DNA of 64,000 nucleotides from Candidatus Omnitrophota bacterium (lineage in GTDB: Bacteria; CAIJMQ01). Shown one piece after another: positions 49,482 to 58,724 of the stretch. Positions within the stretch are counted from its first letter, which is position 1, and the number at the start of each line of letters is the position of its first letter. The notes below the pieces were generated by a model. The model worked only from the letters and a program-made list of their open reading frames with translations. It was not told where the DNA came from and did not search any database. Position numbers and translations under genes: made by a program. Location of the stretch: NCBI GenBank assembly GCA_018812925.1, contig JAHJCU010000004.1, positions 101,621 to 165,620 on the forward strand, read 5' to 3'.

Positions 49482-50918
49482 ATGAAAATCATTCGTTGGT
49501 TAATTAATCGGTGGCGCTGTGAAAACGGTTATCGCGATATTTTAGTAGTTGCCATTCCGCTAATATTAAGCACTAGCGCCTGGGCTGTCCAGCATTTCGT
49601 TGACAGAATGTTTCTTACCTGGTATTCGCCCGAAGCAATAGCAGCGGCAATGCCTGCGGGTATGCTTAATTTCACAGTAATGAGTTTGTTTATAGGCACT
49701 GCAAGTTATGCAGGCACTTTTGTCGCGCAATATTACGGCGCAGGAATATATAAAAAAATAGGCCCTTCCGTATGGCAGGGAGCATATATTGCGGTTGTAG
49801 GCGGAATAATTCACCTTTTCCTTATTCCTTTGGCGCGTCCCGTATTCGCTTTTATCGGGCACGACCCCTTAGTCCAAACTAACGAAATAATTTATTTTCA
49901 GGTATTATGTCTGGGAGCAGCGCCGGGTATTGCCGGAGCTGCTATGGCGGGCTTTTTCTCCGGACGCGGCAAAACATGGCCTATTATGTGGATAAACTGC
50001 TCCGCAACTTTTGTAAACTTAGTTCTCGACTATGCAATGATATTCGGCAACTGGGGATTTCCTGAAATGGGCATGAAAGGCGCGGCAATAGCAACAATTA
50101 TTTCCGGATACTTTGCTTTCTTTATATATCTTATTTTATTCTGCAAGCGTTCCTATAATGAAAAATATCATACCCTAAAAGGATTCCGTCTAAACCTAAA
50201 CCTATTTAAACGCCTTATGCATTTCGGTCTGCCCAGCGGAATACAATTTTCCTTAGATATGGTGGGGTTTAGCATATTTATACTTCTTGCAGGACGATTG
50301 GGAACGACAAACTTAGCCGCAACTAATATCGCTTTTAATATAAACACACTCGCTTTTATGCCCATGATTGGCATAGGCATAGCAATTTCCATTCTCGTGG
50401 GACAATCCCTCGGCAAAAATAGACCCGACCTTGCCGAACGAAGCACCTACTCCGGCTTTCATATGACAATAGTTTATACTACGATTATCGCTTTTTTCTA
50501 TATGGTAATGCCCGATATCTTTTTAAAACCATTTGCAGCGCAGGCAAATCCGGAAACTTTCGAATCAATCAGACAAATCGCGCGGGTACTTCTGAGGTTT
50601 GTAGCTATATATGCAATTTTTGATACACTTAATATTGTTTTTTCTTCGGCAATTAAAGGCGCGGGAGATACGCGTTTTGTCCTGAAAATGATTATAGTCT
50701 TATCATCATTATTGCTTGTTATTCCCTCTTATATTGCAGTGATAATTTTTCACAAAGGCGTCTATACCGCCTGGACTATTTTCACCTTCTACGTCATTGC
50801 TCTGGGTTTTGCATTCCTGCTGCGTTTTATACAGGGTAAATGGCGAACAATGCGCGTGATTGAAGAAGTCATCCCTGTTATTCCAACAATGATGTCAGAG
50901 ACACCATCGATGAAATAG
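49482..50918 (+). CDS. MATE family efflux transporter
   Basis: 478 aa, 12-TM organisation with MATE-type repeats. Confidence 0.8.
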   Translation: MKIIRWLINRWRCENGYRDILVVAIPLILSTSAWAVQHFVDRMFLTWYSPEAIAAAMPAGMLNFTVMSLFIGTASYAGTFVAQYYGAGIYKKIGPSVWQGAYIAVVGGIIHLFLIPLARPVFAFIGHDPLVQTNEIIYFQVLCLGAAPGIAGAAMAGFFSGRGKTWPIMWINCSATFVNLVLDYAMIFGNWGFPEMGMKGAAIATIISGYFAFFIYLILFCKRSYNEKYHTLKGFRLNLNLFKRLMHFGLPSGIQFSLDMVGFSIFILLAGRLGTTNLAATNIAFNINTLAFMPMIGIGIAISILVGQSLGKNRPDLAERSTYSGFHMTIVYTTIIAFFYMVMPDIFLKPFAAQANPETFESIRQIARVLLRFVAIYAIFDTLNIVFSSAIKGAGDTRFVLKMIIVLSSLLLVIPSYIAVIIFHKGVYTAWTIFTFYVIALGFAFLLRFIQGKWRTMRVIEEVIPVIPTMMSETPSMK

Positions 50919-50927
50919 AGTATTTGG

Positions 50928-50951
50928 AATTGTCATTGCGAGCGTGGCAAT
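50928..50951. repeat. Short palindrome with arms resembling those of element A (AATTGTCA...GTGGCAAT), lacking the full GC core
   Basis: aattgtcattgcgagcgtggcaat immediately after the MATE stop, between convergent genes. Confidence 0.3.
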
Positions 50952-51017
50952 CTCAAAGTTTACTTTTCTTTCGAATTTTTGTCGGACTTTTCTGGATTCT
51001 TTCCTGAACTTATAAAA

Positions 51018-51227
51018 TTAAAAGAAATCTTTTAAAATTTCTTTCGCTCTTTCGACTTGGTCTTTTTTTACCATAAGGCGTGTAGGAATGGCATATGCAC
51101 AATGCACAAAGTTTTCCCCCTGAAAAAAATAAGTTATATCGCAACTATCCAATATAGATTTTATTACAGCTATATCGCCTGGATTAGAAGTAGATAAAAC
51201 CGCTGTGTAATCAATGAATTCGGTCAA
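51018..51227 (-). CDS. Small DUF2007-like protein (putative signal-transducing protein)
   Basis: 69 aa; size and pattern fit; assignment tentative. Confidence 0.4.
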   Translation of the reverse strand: MTEFIDYTAVLSTSNPGDIAVIKSILDSCDITYFFQGENFVHCAYAIPTRLMVKKDQVERAKEILKDFF

Positions 51228-51246
51228 GGTATCCCCTTACTAATTG

Positions 51247-51804
51247 TTATTTCTGCTCTTTCAAAAATTCTAAAATCGGTTTCCCTGCGATATAGAGTTC
51301 CTCGACTACGGCATCACCGGATTTTACGCGGACCGTTATGTAGGCGTCCTGATTGCCTCTGACGTTGTGTCCTCTGTAAGCTCTTTCTGCGGCGGGAGCA
51401 AGTGTTTCTTCCATATAATACCGGTTAAACGGAAGAATTAGATTTGCTTCATTACGGCTACAATAGCTAACTCTTACTTGAATGTAATCATCTCCTACGG
51501 GACGTTCTATACTTAAACCGGCTATTTTTGCAAAGCCTTTGTCATCTTCTTTAATGAGGGCATAAACCTTTTGAAAATGCCTTAATTTAAGTCCTTCAGG
51601 TAAAGGGGTTTTATTTTCTTCTACGCCCAATGCAACATATCGTCCCCGAAACGCATCGTAGGGGTCTACAGGCTGGGTCTTGAAGCGGAATTGTTTTCCA
51701 TTATTAAGAATAGTTTCATAACGGATAATTGTTGAAATTGGTTTTACAAGCTGCAAGAGAGCCAAACAGAAAAACAATCCTAAAATATAAATAAATTTCT
51801 TCAT
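51247..51804 (-). CDS. Secreted protein, possibly GDYXXLXY family
   Basis: N-terminal signal/anchor; DPYDAFRGRY motif; stop overlaps the upstream membrane-protein gene. Confidence 0.4.
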   Translation of the reverse strand: MKKFIYILGLFFCLALLQLVKPISTIIRYETILNNGKQFRFKTQPVDPYDAFRGRYVALGVEENKTPLPEGLKLRHFQKVYALIKEDDKGFAKIAGLSIERPVGDDYIQVRVSYCSRNEANLILPFNRYYMEETLAPAAERAYRGHNVRGNQDAYITVRVKSGDAVVEELYIAGKPILEFLKEQK

Positions 51805-53090
51805 GTTTTATTCTTCCAACGGTTCATAAGCAGAAGATTTGTTAACAGGAAACCGATTCCGATGATTATAAAAGCTATCCCTCTGGTTATGAAGCTCATA
51901 TCGCTGTCAAAAAATCTTGCAACAACCAGCAGTATTAAAATGACGATGCCTAGATTTATAGTGCCAATATGTTCTTTTTTAACACCTTCAGCTATTGTAT
52001 TTATGCCTAAGGCTGATAGATACAAATTGAATAGGATAACAGGGAAAATAGTATTCGGATTAAATGAATATAAAGCGTGTCCTGCAAGTGTTACTAAAGG
52101 AAGAAAAGCGAACGATATTACTGCTGTCTTGTCCCGCCTGATAAATTCTACGAAAAGAACCAAAGCAATTAGAAAGAGAATTACTGCAAAAATATATTCG
52201 CCTTTAGCTTCGGCAAACTGAGGAAACTTCCAGTAAATTGTTTTCCATATATATCTATAGGTAAGAATATATGAAAGCGTGAAAGCGCCCAATAACCCCA
52301 CAATCTTGAATGGTTCTAACAGGTTTGTTTTAAATTTACCTACCCAAAGGACTCCTATGAGATACAAAATGGCAAAGAAGCTACCATATATTATCATCCA
52401 GTAAGTCGGCAATATATCTAATAGAGTAATGCCTATGGCTACGCAAAGACAGATAGAAATAATCAAACTAAAGAAATTGAAACGGATAAAATATGAATCT
52501 TTTTTTGCAATCTGCAAAAAATGGGGAATTATTAAAGCGGCGAGAGGCCAAAACAGTATGGCGTTTCCATCACCAAATTTCGCGCTGCCAGACCAAAAAG
52601 TAATTCCTATAATATAGAGCATTGCTGGGACGGTAGCCCGCATAAAATATACTAAAGGAAGTCCCAATAACATCCAGAATAATAAAAAGTGGGAGTCATA
52701 GAATGAGATATGGTATGTCTGTTCAATAAGTGCAGCTGAAGCACCTATCATAAGAAATAGAAAAGTTGCAGTCCCTTCTTTCCACGAATCGGATTCATTT
52801 CGCTTTAGTATTGTCCATCCGACAAGCAACTGTGCCAAAATCAAAGGGAGAAGAGAAAGAATAGTTCTTGCGGAACGGGAAAGTTCCTGCCAGTTGTGGG
52901 CTAAAAGGAGAATTATTCCTGACCCGATTAGTAAAGAACCCAAGAGACTGAATATTATTAGAGCAACTCTTGGTCCTTTTCTATCGCTATAGTATTGACG
53001 TAGTTTGTCGGCAGTTTCCGAAGATAATATACCCTTATCTACTAAAATAGGTATTTCTTTATAAAGCCACTGTATAGCTTTTCTGCTCAC
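51801..53090 (-). CDS. Polytopic membrane protein (DUF2157/DUF4401-like)
   Basis: Short soluble N-terminus followed by about 12 TM helices. Confidence 0.45.
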   Translation of the reverse strand: MSRKAIQWLYKEIPILVDKGILSSETADKLRQYYSDRKGPRVALIIFSLLGSLLIGSGIILLLAHNWQELSRSARTILSLLPLILAQLLVGWTILKRNESDSWKEGTATFLFLMIGASAALIEQTYHISFYDSHFLLFWMLLGLPLVYFMRATVPAMLYIIGITFWSGSAKFGDGNAILFWPLAALIIPHFLQIAKKDSYFIRFNFFSLIISICLCVAIGITLLDILPTYWMIIYGSFFAILYLIGVLWVGKFKTNLLEPFKIVGLLGAFTLSYILTYRYIWKTIYWKFPQFAEAKGEYIFAVILFLIALVLFVEFIRRDKTAVISFAFLPLVTLAGHALYSFNPNTIFPVILFNLYLSALGINTIAEGVKKEHIGTINLGIVILILLVVARFFDSDMSFITRGIAFIIIGIGFLLTNLLLMNRWKNKT

Positions 53091-53106
53091 ATTTACACTC
53101 CGTTTG

Positions 53107-53964
53107 TTACTTTACTACTTTTTGATTTAAAAATCCATGTATCATCTCTCTATATTTCTCTCTCAATATTACAGAATATCGTCCAATTTTACCGCGATTG
53201 ATTAATGCGTTCTCTATCTTAATTATCGACATTACTTCTATGAGAGAGGATGTTAGAAAAATTTCGTCGCAGGATTTTAGGAAGTCCACATCCACAAGTT
53301 TTTCTTCCACTTTTAAACCTACAGTAGGAGCCATCTGTAAAATTTTTGCCCTTGTTATGCCGGGCAGTATTCCTGAATCGCTTGGCGCAGTGATAAGTGT
53401 ATCACCACTTATCATAAAGATATTTCTTGTTGTGCCTTCAAGGACAAAACCGTCGGTACTTAAGAGTATTGCTTCATCCACGCCTTTCTCTTTTGCTTCT
53501 TTTTTTGCAAGTATATGAGGCAGGAATGAGAGTGTTTTGTGTGAGTTTATAGAAAGGGATGAATCAATTCTTATTGAAGATATTATTGCGGTATATCCTT
53601 TTTCATAGTCGCTTTCTTTGTAGCGGACTTCGTCTTTTACAATGACTATAAAATTAGCGTTTTTCTCTTCTTCATCTGTTTTGGTGAGATAGATATTAAC
53701 AAGCCCCTTGTTTATTGATGAATCGCTGATTAATTTTTTTATGATTTCGGCAACTTGTTCTAGATTAACAGATAATTTTAAATCAAGCGCCTTGGCGGAA
53801 TCCCTTAATCTCTCAAAATGCTCTTTCAGGAAAATAACTTTGCCTTCTTCTATGCATATTGTTTCAAATATGCCTTCGCCGTATCTGAAACCCCTATCTA
53901 AGATAGAGATTTTAGCATCCTGTAAAGACATGAAATCGCCATTGATATAAGCTAATCCTTTCAT
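53107..53964 (-). CDS. pabC: Class IV aminotransferase, probably aminodeoxychorismate lyase
   Basis: Fold-type IV PLP enzyme motifs; located in a pabB locus. Confidence 0.6.
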   Translation of the reverse strand: MKGLAYINGDFMSLQDAKISILDRGFRYGEGIFETICIEEGKVIFLKEHFERLRDSAKALDLKLSVNLEQVAEIIKKLISDSSINKGLVNIYLTKTDEEEKNANFIVIVKDEVRYKESDYEKGYTAIISSIRIDSSLSINSHKTLSFLPHILAKKEAKEKGVDEAILLSTDGFVLEGTTRNIFMISGDTLITAPSDSGILPGITRAKILQMAPTVGLKVEEKLVDVDFLKSCDEIFLTSSLIEVMSIIKIENALINRGKIGRYSVILREKYREMIHGFLNQKVVK

Positions 53965-53999
53965 AATTATCTTATCTAAGGGTTACGGCCCGTTTTTTC

Positions 54000-54051
54000 G
54001 TAATCAGTAATCTCAATATGTAATTCGTAACTAGTAAATGGTAAATAGTAA
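54000..54051. repeat. Tandem heptad array with GTAA at 7-nt periodicity (seven GTAA copies, one 13-nt gap)
   Basis: cGTAAtcaGTAAtctcaatatGTAAttcGTAActaGTAAatgGTAAataGTAA, in the region upstream of pabC. Confidence 0.55.
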
Positions 54052-54138
54052 TTAATCTAAACTAATTTTTAAAAAATTACGGATTACGCCCGCCTGCTTG
54101 CGAAGCGGGCAGGCTTTACGAGTTACTAATTACGAATT
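54022..54138. repeat. About 23-bp imperfect inverted repeats (20 of 23) flanking GC-rich core copy B; MITE-like or composite structured element
   Basis: AATTCGTAACTAGTAAATGGTAA (54022-54044) against the reverse complement of 54116-54138 (AATTCGTAATTAGTAACTCGTAA). Confidence 0.35.
54071..54114 (-). terminator. GC-rich hairpin (core copy B) with a downstream U-tract; candidate terminator of the RNA-binding-protein gene
   Basis: Minus strand GCCCGC-N11-GCGGGC stem then CGUAAUCCGUAAUUUUUU; the 10-nt gap before the U-run is atypical. Confidence 0.35.
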
Positions 54139-54141
54139 TTA

Positions 54142-54522
54142 TTAATATCCTCTATCTCTTGTTCCTCTGGTTCTTCTATTGTCTCTTTTTTGTCCGCCTC
54201 GTTTGGAATTATAGCCGCCATGTCCACCCGAACCGAAACCGCCTCCTGGTGAGCTGAAACCGCCGCGTGAGGGACCAAAACTTCTTGGTTTGGGAGGACG
54301 AGCTTCATCAATTCTCAATTTGCGTCCTTCAAATTCGCTTTCACTTAATTCTGTTTTTGCTTTTCCGGCTGCTTCCGGAGTAGCCATTTCAATAAATGCA
54401 AAACCTTTGCCTTGGATTAGGTCAACTTTTACAACTTCGCCATACTTAGTGAATAATTCTTTTAACTGTTCACTGGTTACCGCATAATTGAGATTTCCTA
54501 CATACAGCTTGCTACCTTGCAT
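54142..54522 (-). CDS. RRM-type RNA-binding protein with a glycine-rich RGG tail
   Basis: RNP2 LYVGNL and RNP1 KGFAFIEM motifs; C-terminal RGGFSSPGGGFGSGGHGG. Confidence 0.85.
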   Translation of the reverse strand: MQGSKLYVGNLNYAVTSEQLKELFTKYGEVVKVDLIQGKGFAFIEMATPEAAGKAKTELSESEFEGRKLRIDEARPPKPRSFGPSRGGFSSPGGGFGSGGHGGYNSKRGGQKRDNRRTRGTRDRGY

Positions 54523-54660
54523 TCTATTCTCCTTTTTCCGCCGAAGGCGGCTTTTAATGTGCCACAGGTGTTAGTCCGTGGAACTATGTTATTTGTTTTT
54601 CTACATCTGAAAACATTTCTACTAGCTACCTATTAAGTACTCTTCTCACCTCCTTTGAAT
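54523..54660 (-). promoter_or_regulatory. 138-nt structured 5' leader of the RNA-binding-protein gene
   Basis: Minus-strand hairpins CCACGG...CUGUGG and GCCGCC-UUC-GGCGG, the latter 12 nt before the AAGGAG SD. Confidence 0.4.
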
Positions 54661-56073
54661 TTATAACAGCCATTTTAAATCATTATGGTTTAAAACTTTT
54701 TCTTTAGTTCCTGACAACAGTGATTCTGCCAATGCTTTGCCTTTATGCAGTGTTTCTTCATATTCAAGCTCAGGGTTGGAATCAGCTACGATTCCGCCTC
54801 CGACCTGAAAATATGCTGTTTTATTCTTAATGATAATCGTTCGGATTGAGATATTCAAATCCATCCTCCTGTTAAATGATATATAACCGATTGCGCCCGT
54901 ATAAATATTTCTTTTTGTGGGTTCGAGTTCCTCTATTATTTCCATAGAGCGCACTTTAGGAGCCCCTGTTATTGAGCCACCGGGAAATGAGTGTTTCACA
55001 CAATCAACCGGTGTTATACCGTCAACGACTTTCCCTTCTACAGTGCTTACTGTATGAAATACGGTGGGATTTGTTTCAAGCGCTACTAATTCTTTTACGC
55101 CAACACTGCCGTAATAACAGAATTTTCCCAAATCGTTTCTTTCAAGGTCTATAATCATTATAAGTTCAGCGCGGTCTTTTGGGGAATTTAATAATTCTTT
55201 TGCCAATCTTTTATCTTCTTCTTTGTTTTTGCCTCTTGGACGCGTGCCTTTTATGGGACGGGTATGTATTTTGTTTGCTTTAAGATACAGAAATCTTTCG
55301 GGCGAGGCGCTTATTACCGAAACTTCGGGAAAGTTTAAGAAAGCGGAAAAAGGCGCAGGGTTTATGAATGCAAGTTTTTCAAATAATTCAAAAGGCGATG
55401 AATTATATTGACACGAAAAACGCTGTGATAGGTTTACCTGAAAAATATCGCCTTTTTTTATGTAATCTTTCGCCTTCAATATAGCGTTTAAGTATGCATC
55501 TTTCTTGAAATTCGATTTAAGTTCAGACGAGTTGTTATATAAAGATTCATTGCTTTTTTTTAATCGCGTAGGGTTTTTTAGAAGTTCTTTGATTCTATTT
55601 TTTTTATCTTGAGGAGTATTTATCCAAAGTATAAAACTCTCTTTTGTTTTGTGGTCCCAATATAGGACCCAGTCGTAAAAAGGCAGGATACAATCGGGTA
55701 GATTTAAGTCATCTGTTGTTTGTTGATGTATTTTTTCAAGAGTAAAGCCCATATCGTATCCAAAGTAGCCGAGCATTCCGCCCGTAAAAGGAAGTGAAGA
55801 AGGAAGATTTTGTTTACCTGATTGTTCGGTATATATTTCGCGCAGTATGTTAAAGGGATTGCCTGTTTTATGTGTTTCCTGTCCGTTTGTAATTAAAGAT
55901 GTTTTTCTCCCTTTTGCCTTGAATATCATATAGGGAAAAGCGGCCATAAAAGAATATCTACCCCACGAGGAATTTTTTATTCCACTCAAGAGAAGCGACG
56001 AATACGGGTAATCCTTGAAGTTTCTAAATACATCAAGTGGGGAATAAGAATAGGGGAAAGATTCGATAATCAT
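54661..56073 (-). CDS. pabB: Aminodeoxychorismate synthase component I (chorismate-binding enzyme; anthranilate synthase not excluded)
   Basis: Chorismate-binding C-terminal motifs (SPERFL, GGGIVADSNPE). Confidence 0.7.
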   Translation of the reverse strand: MIIESFPYSYSPLDVFRNFKDYPYSSLLLSGIKNSSWGRYSFMAAFPYMIFKAKGRKTSLITNGQETHKTGNPFNILREIYTEQSGKQNLPSSLPFTGGMLGYFGYDMGFTLEKIHQQTTDDLNLPDCILPFYDWVLYWDHKTKESFILWINTPQDKKNRIKELLKNPTRLKKSNESLYNNSSELKSNFKKDAYLNAILKAKDYIKKGDIFQVNLSQRFSCQYNSSPFELFEKLAFINPAPFSAFLNFPEVSVISASPERFLYLKANKIHTRPIKGTRPRGKNKEEDKRLAKELLNSPKDRAELIMIIDLERNDLGKFCYYGSVGVKELVALETNPTVFHTVSTVEGKVVDGITPVDCVKHSFPGGSITGAPKVRSMEIIEELEPTKRNIYTGAIGYISFNRRMDLNISIRTIIIKNKTAYFQVGGGIVADSNPELEYEETLHKGKALAESLLSGTKEKVLNHNDLKWLL

Positions 56074-56086
56074 TGATTACTAAATA

Positions 56087-56893
56087 TTAAAGTCCCAACA
56101 CATCTTCCATGCTATAGAATCCTGGGTTTTTACCAATAACCCACTGTGCTGCTTTTAAAGCTCCGTGTGCTAATGCATCTCGGCTTTCAGCTCGATGGAT
56201 TATTTCTATATGTTCTCCGCCACCTGCAAATATAACTTTGTGTTCACCTATGATGCTACCGGCTCTTACGGAATGCATTCCAACTTCGCCTTTTTGTTTT
56301 GGTCCGGGAGATTTCCTGCCTAAATTGATTATTTCGTCATAACTTTTGCCGTAAGCTTGGGCTATTACCTCGCCCAATTTTTTGGCTGTTCCTGAAGGCG
56401 CATCAATTTTGGCTTTGTGATGAATTTCTACAATTTCGGCATCGTAATCTTCACCTAAAACTTTCGCTACTTTACCGACAGTGTTGAATATAATATTCAT
56501 ACCCGTGCTCATATTGGGAGCTTTAACACATGCAATTTTTTTTGCATATTCTTTTATTTTTATTTCCTGCTCTTTGGTAAATCCTGTTGTGCCTATAATA
56601 AAAGCTTTATCAGGATAAGCTTCTGCAATTTCCAGATGTTTTAAGGTGGTTTCGGGAGTACTGAATTCTATAATTACATCTGCATTTCCTATCACGTCTC
56701 TTAAATCATCAAGTATGGTTACACTTTTTAATTTAGAAGATACAGTGCTGATATCTTGGTCTATTAAAGGATGCCCTTGTTTTTCTATAGCACCTGTAAG
56801 AACTAGGTTTTCATATAAAGGTATTAGCCCGATAATGGCTACACCCATTTTCCCGGCAGCACCTGATACTATTACTTTTATATTTTTATTCAT
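56087..56893 (-). CDS. dapB: 4-hydroxy-tetrahydrodipicolinate reductase
   Basis: GAAGKMG NAD(P) motif and EIHHKAKIDAPSGTA; ATG at 56893 preferred over the track TTG at 56905. Confidence 0.9.
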   Translation of the reverse strand: MNKNIKVIVSGAAGKMGVAIIGLIPLYENLVLTGAIEKQGHPLIDQDISTVSSKLKSVTILDDLRDVIGNADVIIEFSTPETTLKHLEIAEAYPDKAFIIGTTGFTKEQEIKIKEYAKKIACVKAPNMSTGMNIIFNTVGKVAKVLGEDYDAEIVEIHHKAKIDAPSGTAKKLGEVIAQAYGKSYDEIINLGRKSPGPKQKGEVGMHSVRAGSIIGEHKVIFAGGGEHIEIIHRAESRDALAHGALKAAQWVIGKNPGFYSMEDVLGL

Positions 56894-56987
56894 AGTTATT
56901 TCCAACCTATAATAAAATGATTATAACAATATTTTGTTATTTTGTAGAATAAATCCTGCAATTTAAGATATCGGAATACAGTTCCGA

Positions 56988-57953
56988 TTAAATATCCATT
57001 AACCGAACAATATCAAGGTTTTCCAACGAAAGAGATTTCGATTGGGAAATCACTTCACTTAACGGCACGCGAACTATTTCCATGCCTTTCAAGCCAACCA
57101 TAGAACCATGATGTCCTTCATTTAACATTTTAACTGCTTCTACACCAAATTTTGTAGCAAGATTTCTGGTAGCAGAAGTCGGTTTTCCGCCTCTTTGAAT
57201 ATATCCTAAAACCGAAACTCTGATTTCCCGTTTGGGTAATTTTTCCTGCAAACGTTCTGCCACCTCGCGAGCTTTACCTGCGCCTTCGGCAAGGACAATG
57301 AGAGAACTTGATTTGCCTTGTATTTTCTGATTTTCTAATTCCTCGACAATTTTGTCCCAATCTATTGTCATTTCCGGTATTAGAATAATTTCAGCTCCAC
57401 AGGCAAGCCCCACTTCTAATGCAAGATTGCCATGCTCTCTGCCCATTACCTCAACGATAAATGTCCGTTCGTGGCTTGTTGCCGTATCTCTTATCCTGTC
57501 TATTGCGTCTACTGCGGTATTTACTGCGGTATCAAACCCTATAGTTGAATCTGTTCCATATAAATCATTATCGATAGAAGCAGGTATAAGTACAACAGGG
57601 AAATTGAATTCAGAAGACAAAAGACTAGCTGCCTGTGCAGAGCCGTCTCCGCCTATTACCGCAAGACCTTCTATTCTGTTCCCTCTCAAATTCTTATATG
57701 CTTTTTCCCTCGTTTTCTTTTCTTTAAATTCCGGGAACCTTATGGTTTTGAGAATTGTTCCTCCCATATCAATGATTCCGCTTACACTTCTTGAATTCAT
57801 TTGAAAGAGATTATTTTCAGCCAAGCCCCGATAACCTCCTCTTATGCCGAAGACTTCCATACCCAGACAAAGAGCAGTCCTTACTACTGCTCTTATAGCA
57901 GGGTTCATACCGGGAGCATCACCGCCTGAAGTTAAAACACCTATTCTTTTCAT
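56988..57953 (-). CDS. pfkA: ATP-dependent 6-phosphofructokinase
   Basis: GVLTSGGDAPGMN motif; ATG at 57953 with GGAG SD preferred over the track TTG at 57965. Confidence 0.9.
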   Translation of the reverse strand: MKRIGVLTSGGDAPGMNPAIRAVVRTALCLGMEVFGIRGGYRGLAENNLFQMNSRSVSGIIDMGGTILKTIRFPEFKEKKTREKAYKNLRGNRIEGLAVIGGDGSAQAASLLSSEFNFPVVLIPASIDNDLYGTDSTIGFDTAVNTAVDAIDRIRDTATSHERTFIVEVMGREHGNLALEVGLACGAEIILIPEMTIDWDKIVEELENQKIQGKSSSLIVLAEGAGKAREVAERLQEKLPKREIRVSVLGYIQRGGKPTSATRNLATKFGVEAVKMLNEGHHGSMVGLKGMEIVRVPLSEVISQSKSLSLENLDIVRLMDI

Positions 57954-58086
57954 TTCTTTCTCCAATCAACGCCAATTATATAGCAGAAAAGATTAGTCAT
58001 CAAACCAAATGTTCAAAAATTGCATTTTAAATTTAGAGCGGAATAGGTATAATAAAATTTAATAAAGAATATAATCATATAAAAAT

Positions 58087-58115
58087 GGAACTTTTTAGAG
58101 GATAAAACTGTCTAA
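58087..58115 (+). promoter_or_regulatory. ECF sigma-type promoter motif GGAACTT-N16-GTCTAA immediately upstream of the ECF sigma gene
   Basis: ggaactttttagaggataaaactgtctaa; the last base of GTCTAA abuts the ATG at 58116. Confidence 0.5.
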
Positions 58116-58724
58116 ATGATTGAAGAGATAAACAAGCAAGGTGGATTATTCGGGGACGATGAAGTTTTAATTAAGGCTTTTCAATCGGGAGATAAAAAGG
58201 CATTTGATAGGTTGTTGCTTGGACATATGAATAGGGTTTTCAATCTGTGCTACAGATTTATGAGCGACTATGAAGAAGCAAATGACTGTGCTCAAGAAAC
58301 CTTTATAAAAGTTTACCGGTCTTTGAATGGGTTTAAATTTCAGTCGTCCTTTTCAACATGGCTGTATAGAATAGCAGTAAACACATGTAAAAATAGGTTG
58401 AAATCGGCGGAATATAGAAACAGAATGCAAACTTTTAAAATCGGGGAGAATAAAGAACTGAATAACAATTCGTATACGGGTGAAATTGCGGACCAATCAT
58501 TGTCTCCCGTTACGCTTTTAGATAAAAAAGAGACGGAAGCATTAATTCAATCCGCGATAGATTCTTTGCCCGAGGAACAAAAAGAGATTATTGTGCTTCG
58601 CGATATAGAAGGATTTTCTTACGAGGAAATAGCAGATATAACGGACAATGAACTCGGCACAGTAAAATCAAAACTTTCAAGGGCAAGAGGTACACTTAAA
58701 GAAAAACTAAAGGGGTTAATTTAA
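58116..58724 (+). CDS. RNA polymerase sigma-70 factor, ECF subfamily
   Basis: Region 2 motifs (DCAQETFIKVYR, WLYRIAVNTCKN) and a region 4 helix-turn-helix. Confidence 0.85.
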   Translation: MIEEINKQGGLFGDDEVLIKAFQSGDKKAFDRLLLGHMNRVFNLCYRFMSDYEEANDCAQETFIKVYRSLNGFKFQSSFSTWLYRIAVNTCKNRLKSAEYRNRMQTFKIGENKELNNNSYTGEIADQSLSPVTLLDKKETEALIQSAIDSLPEEQKEIIVLRDIEGFSYEEIADITDNELGTVKSKLSRARGTLKEKLKGLI

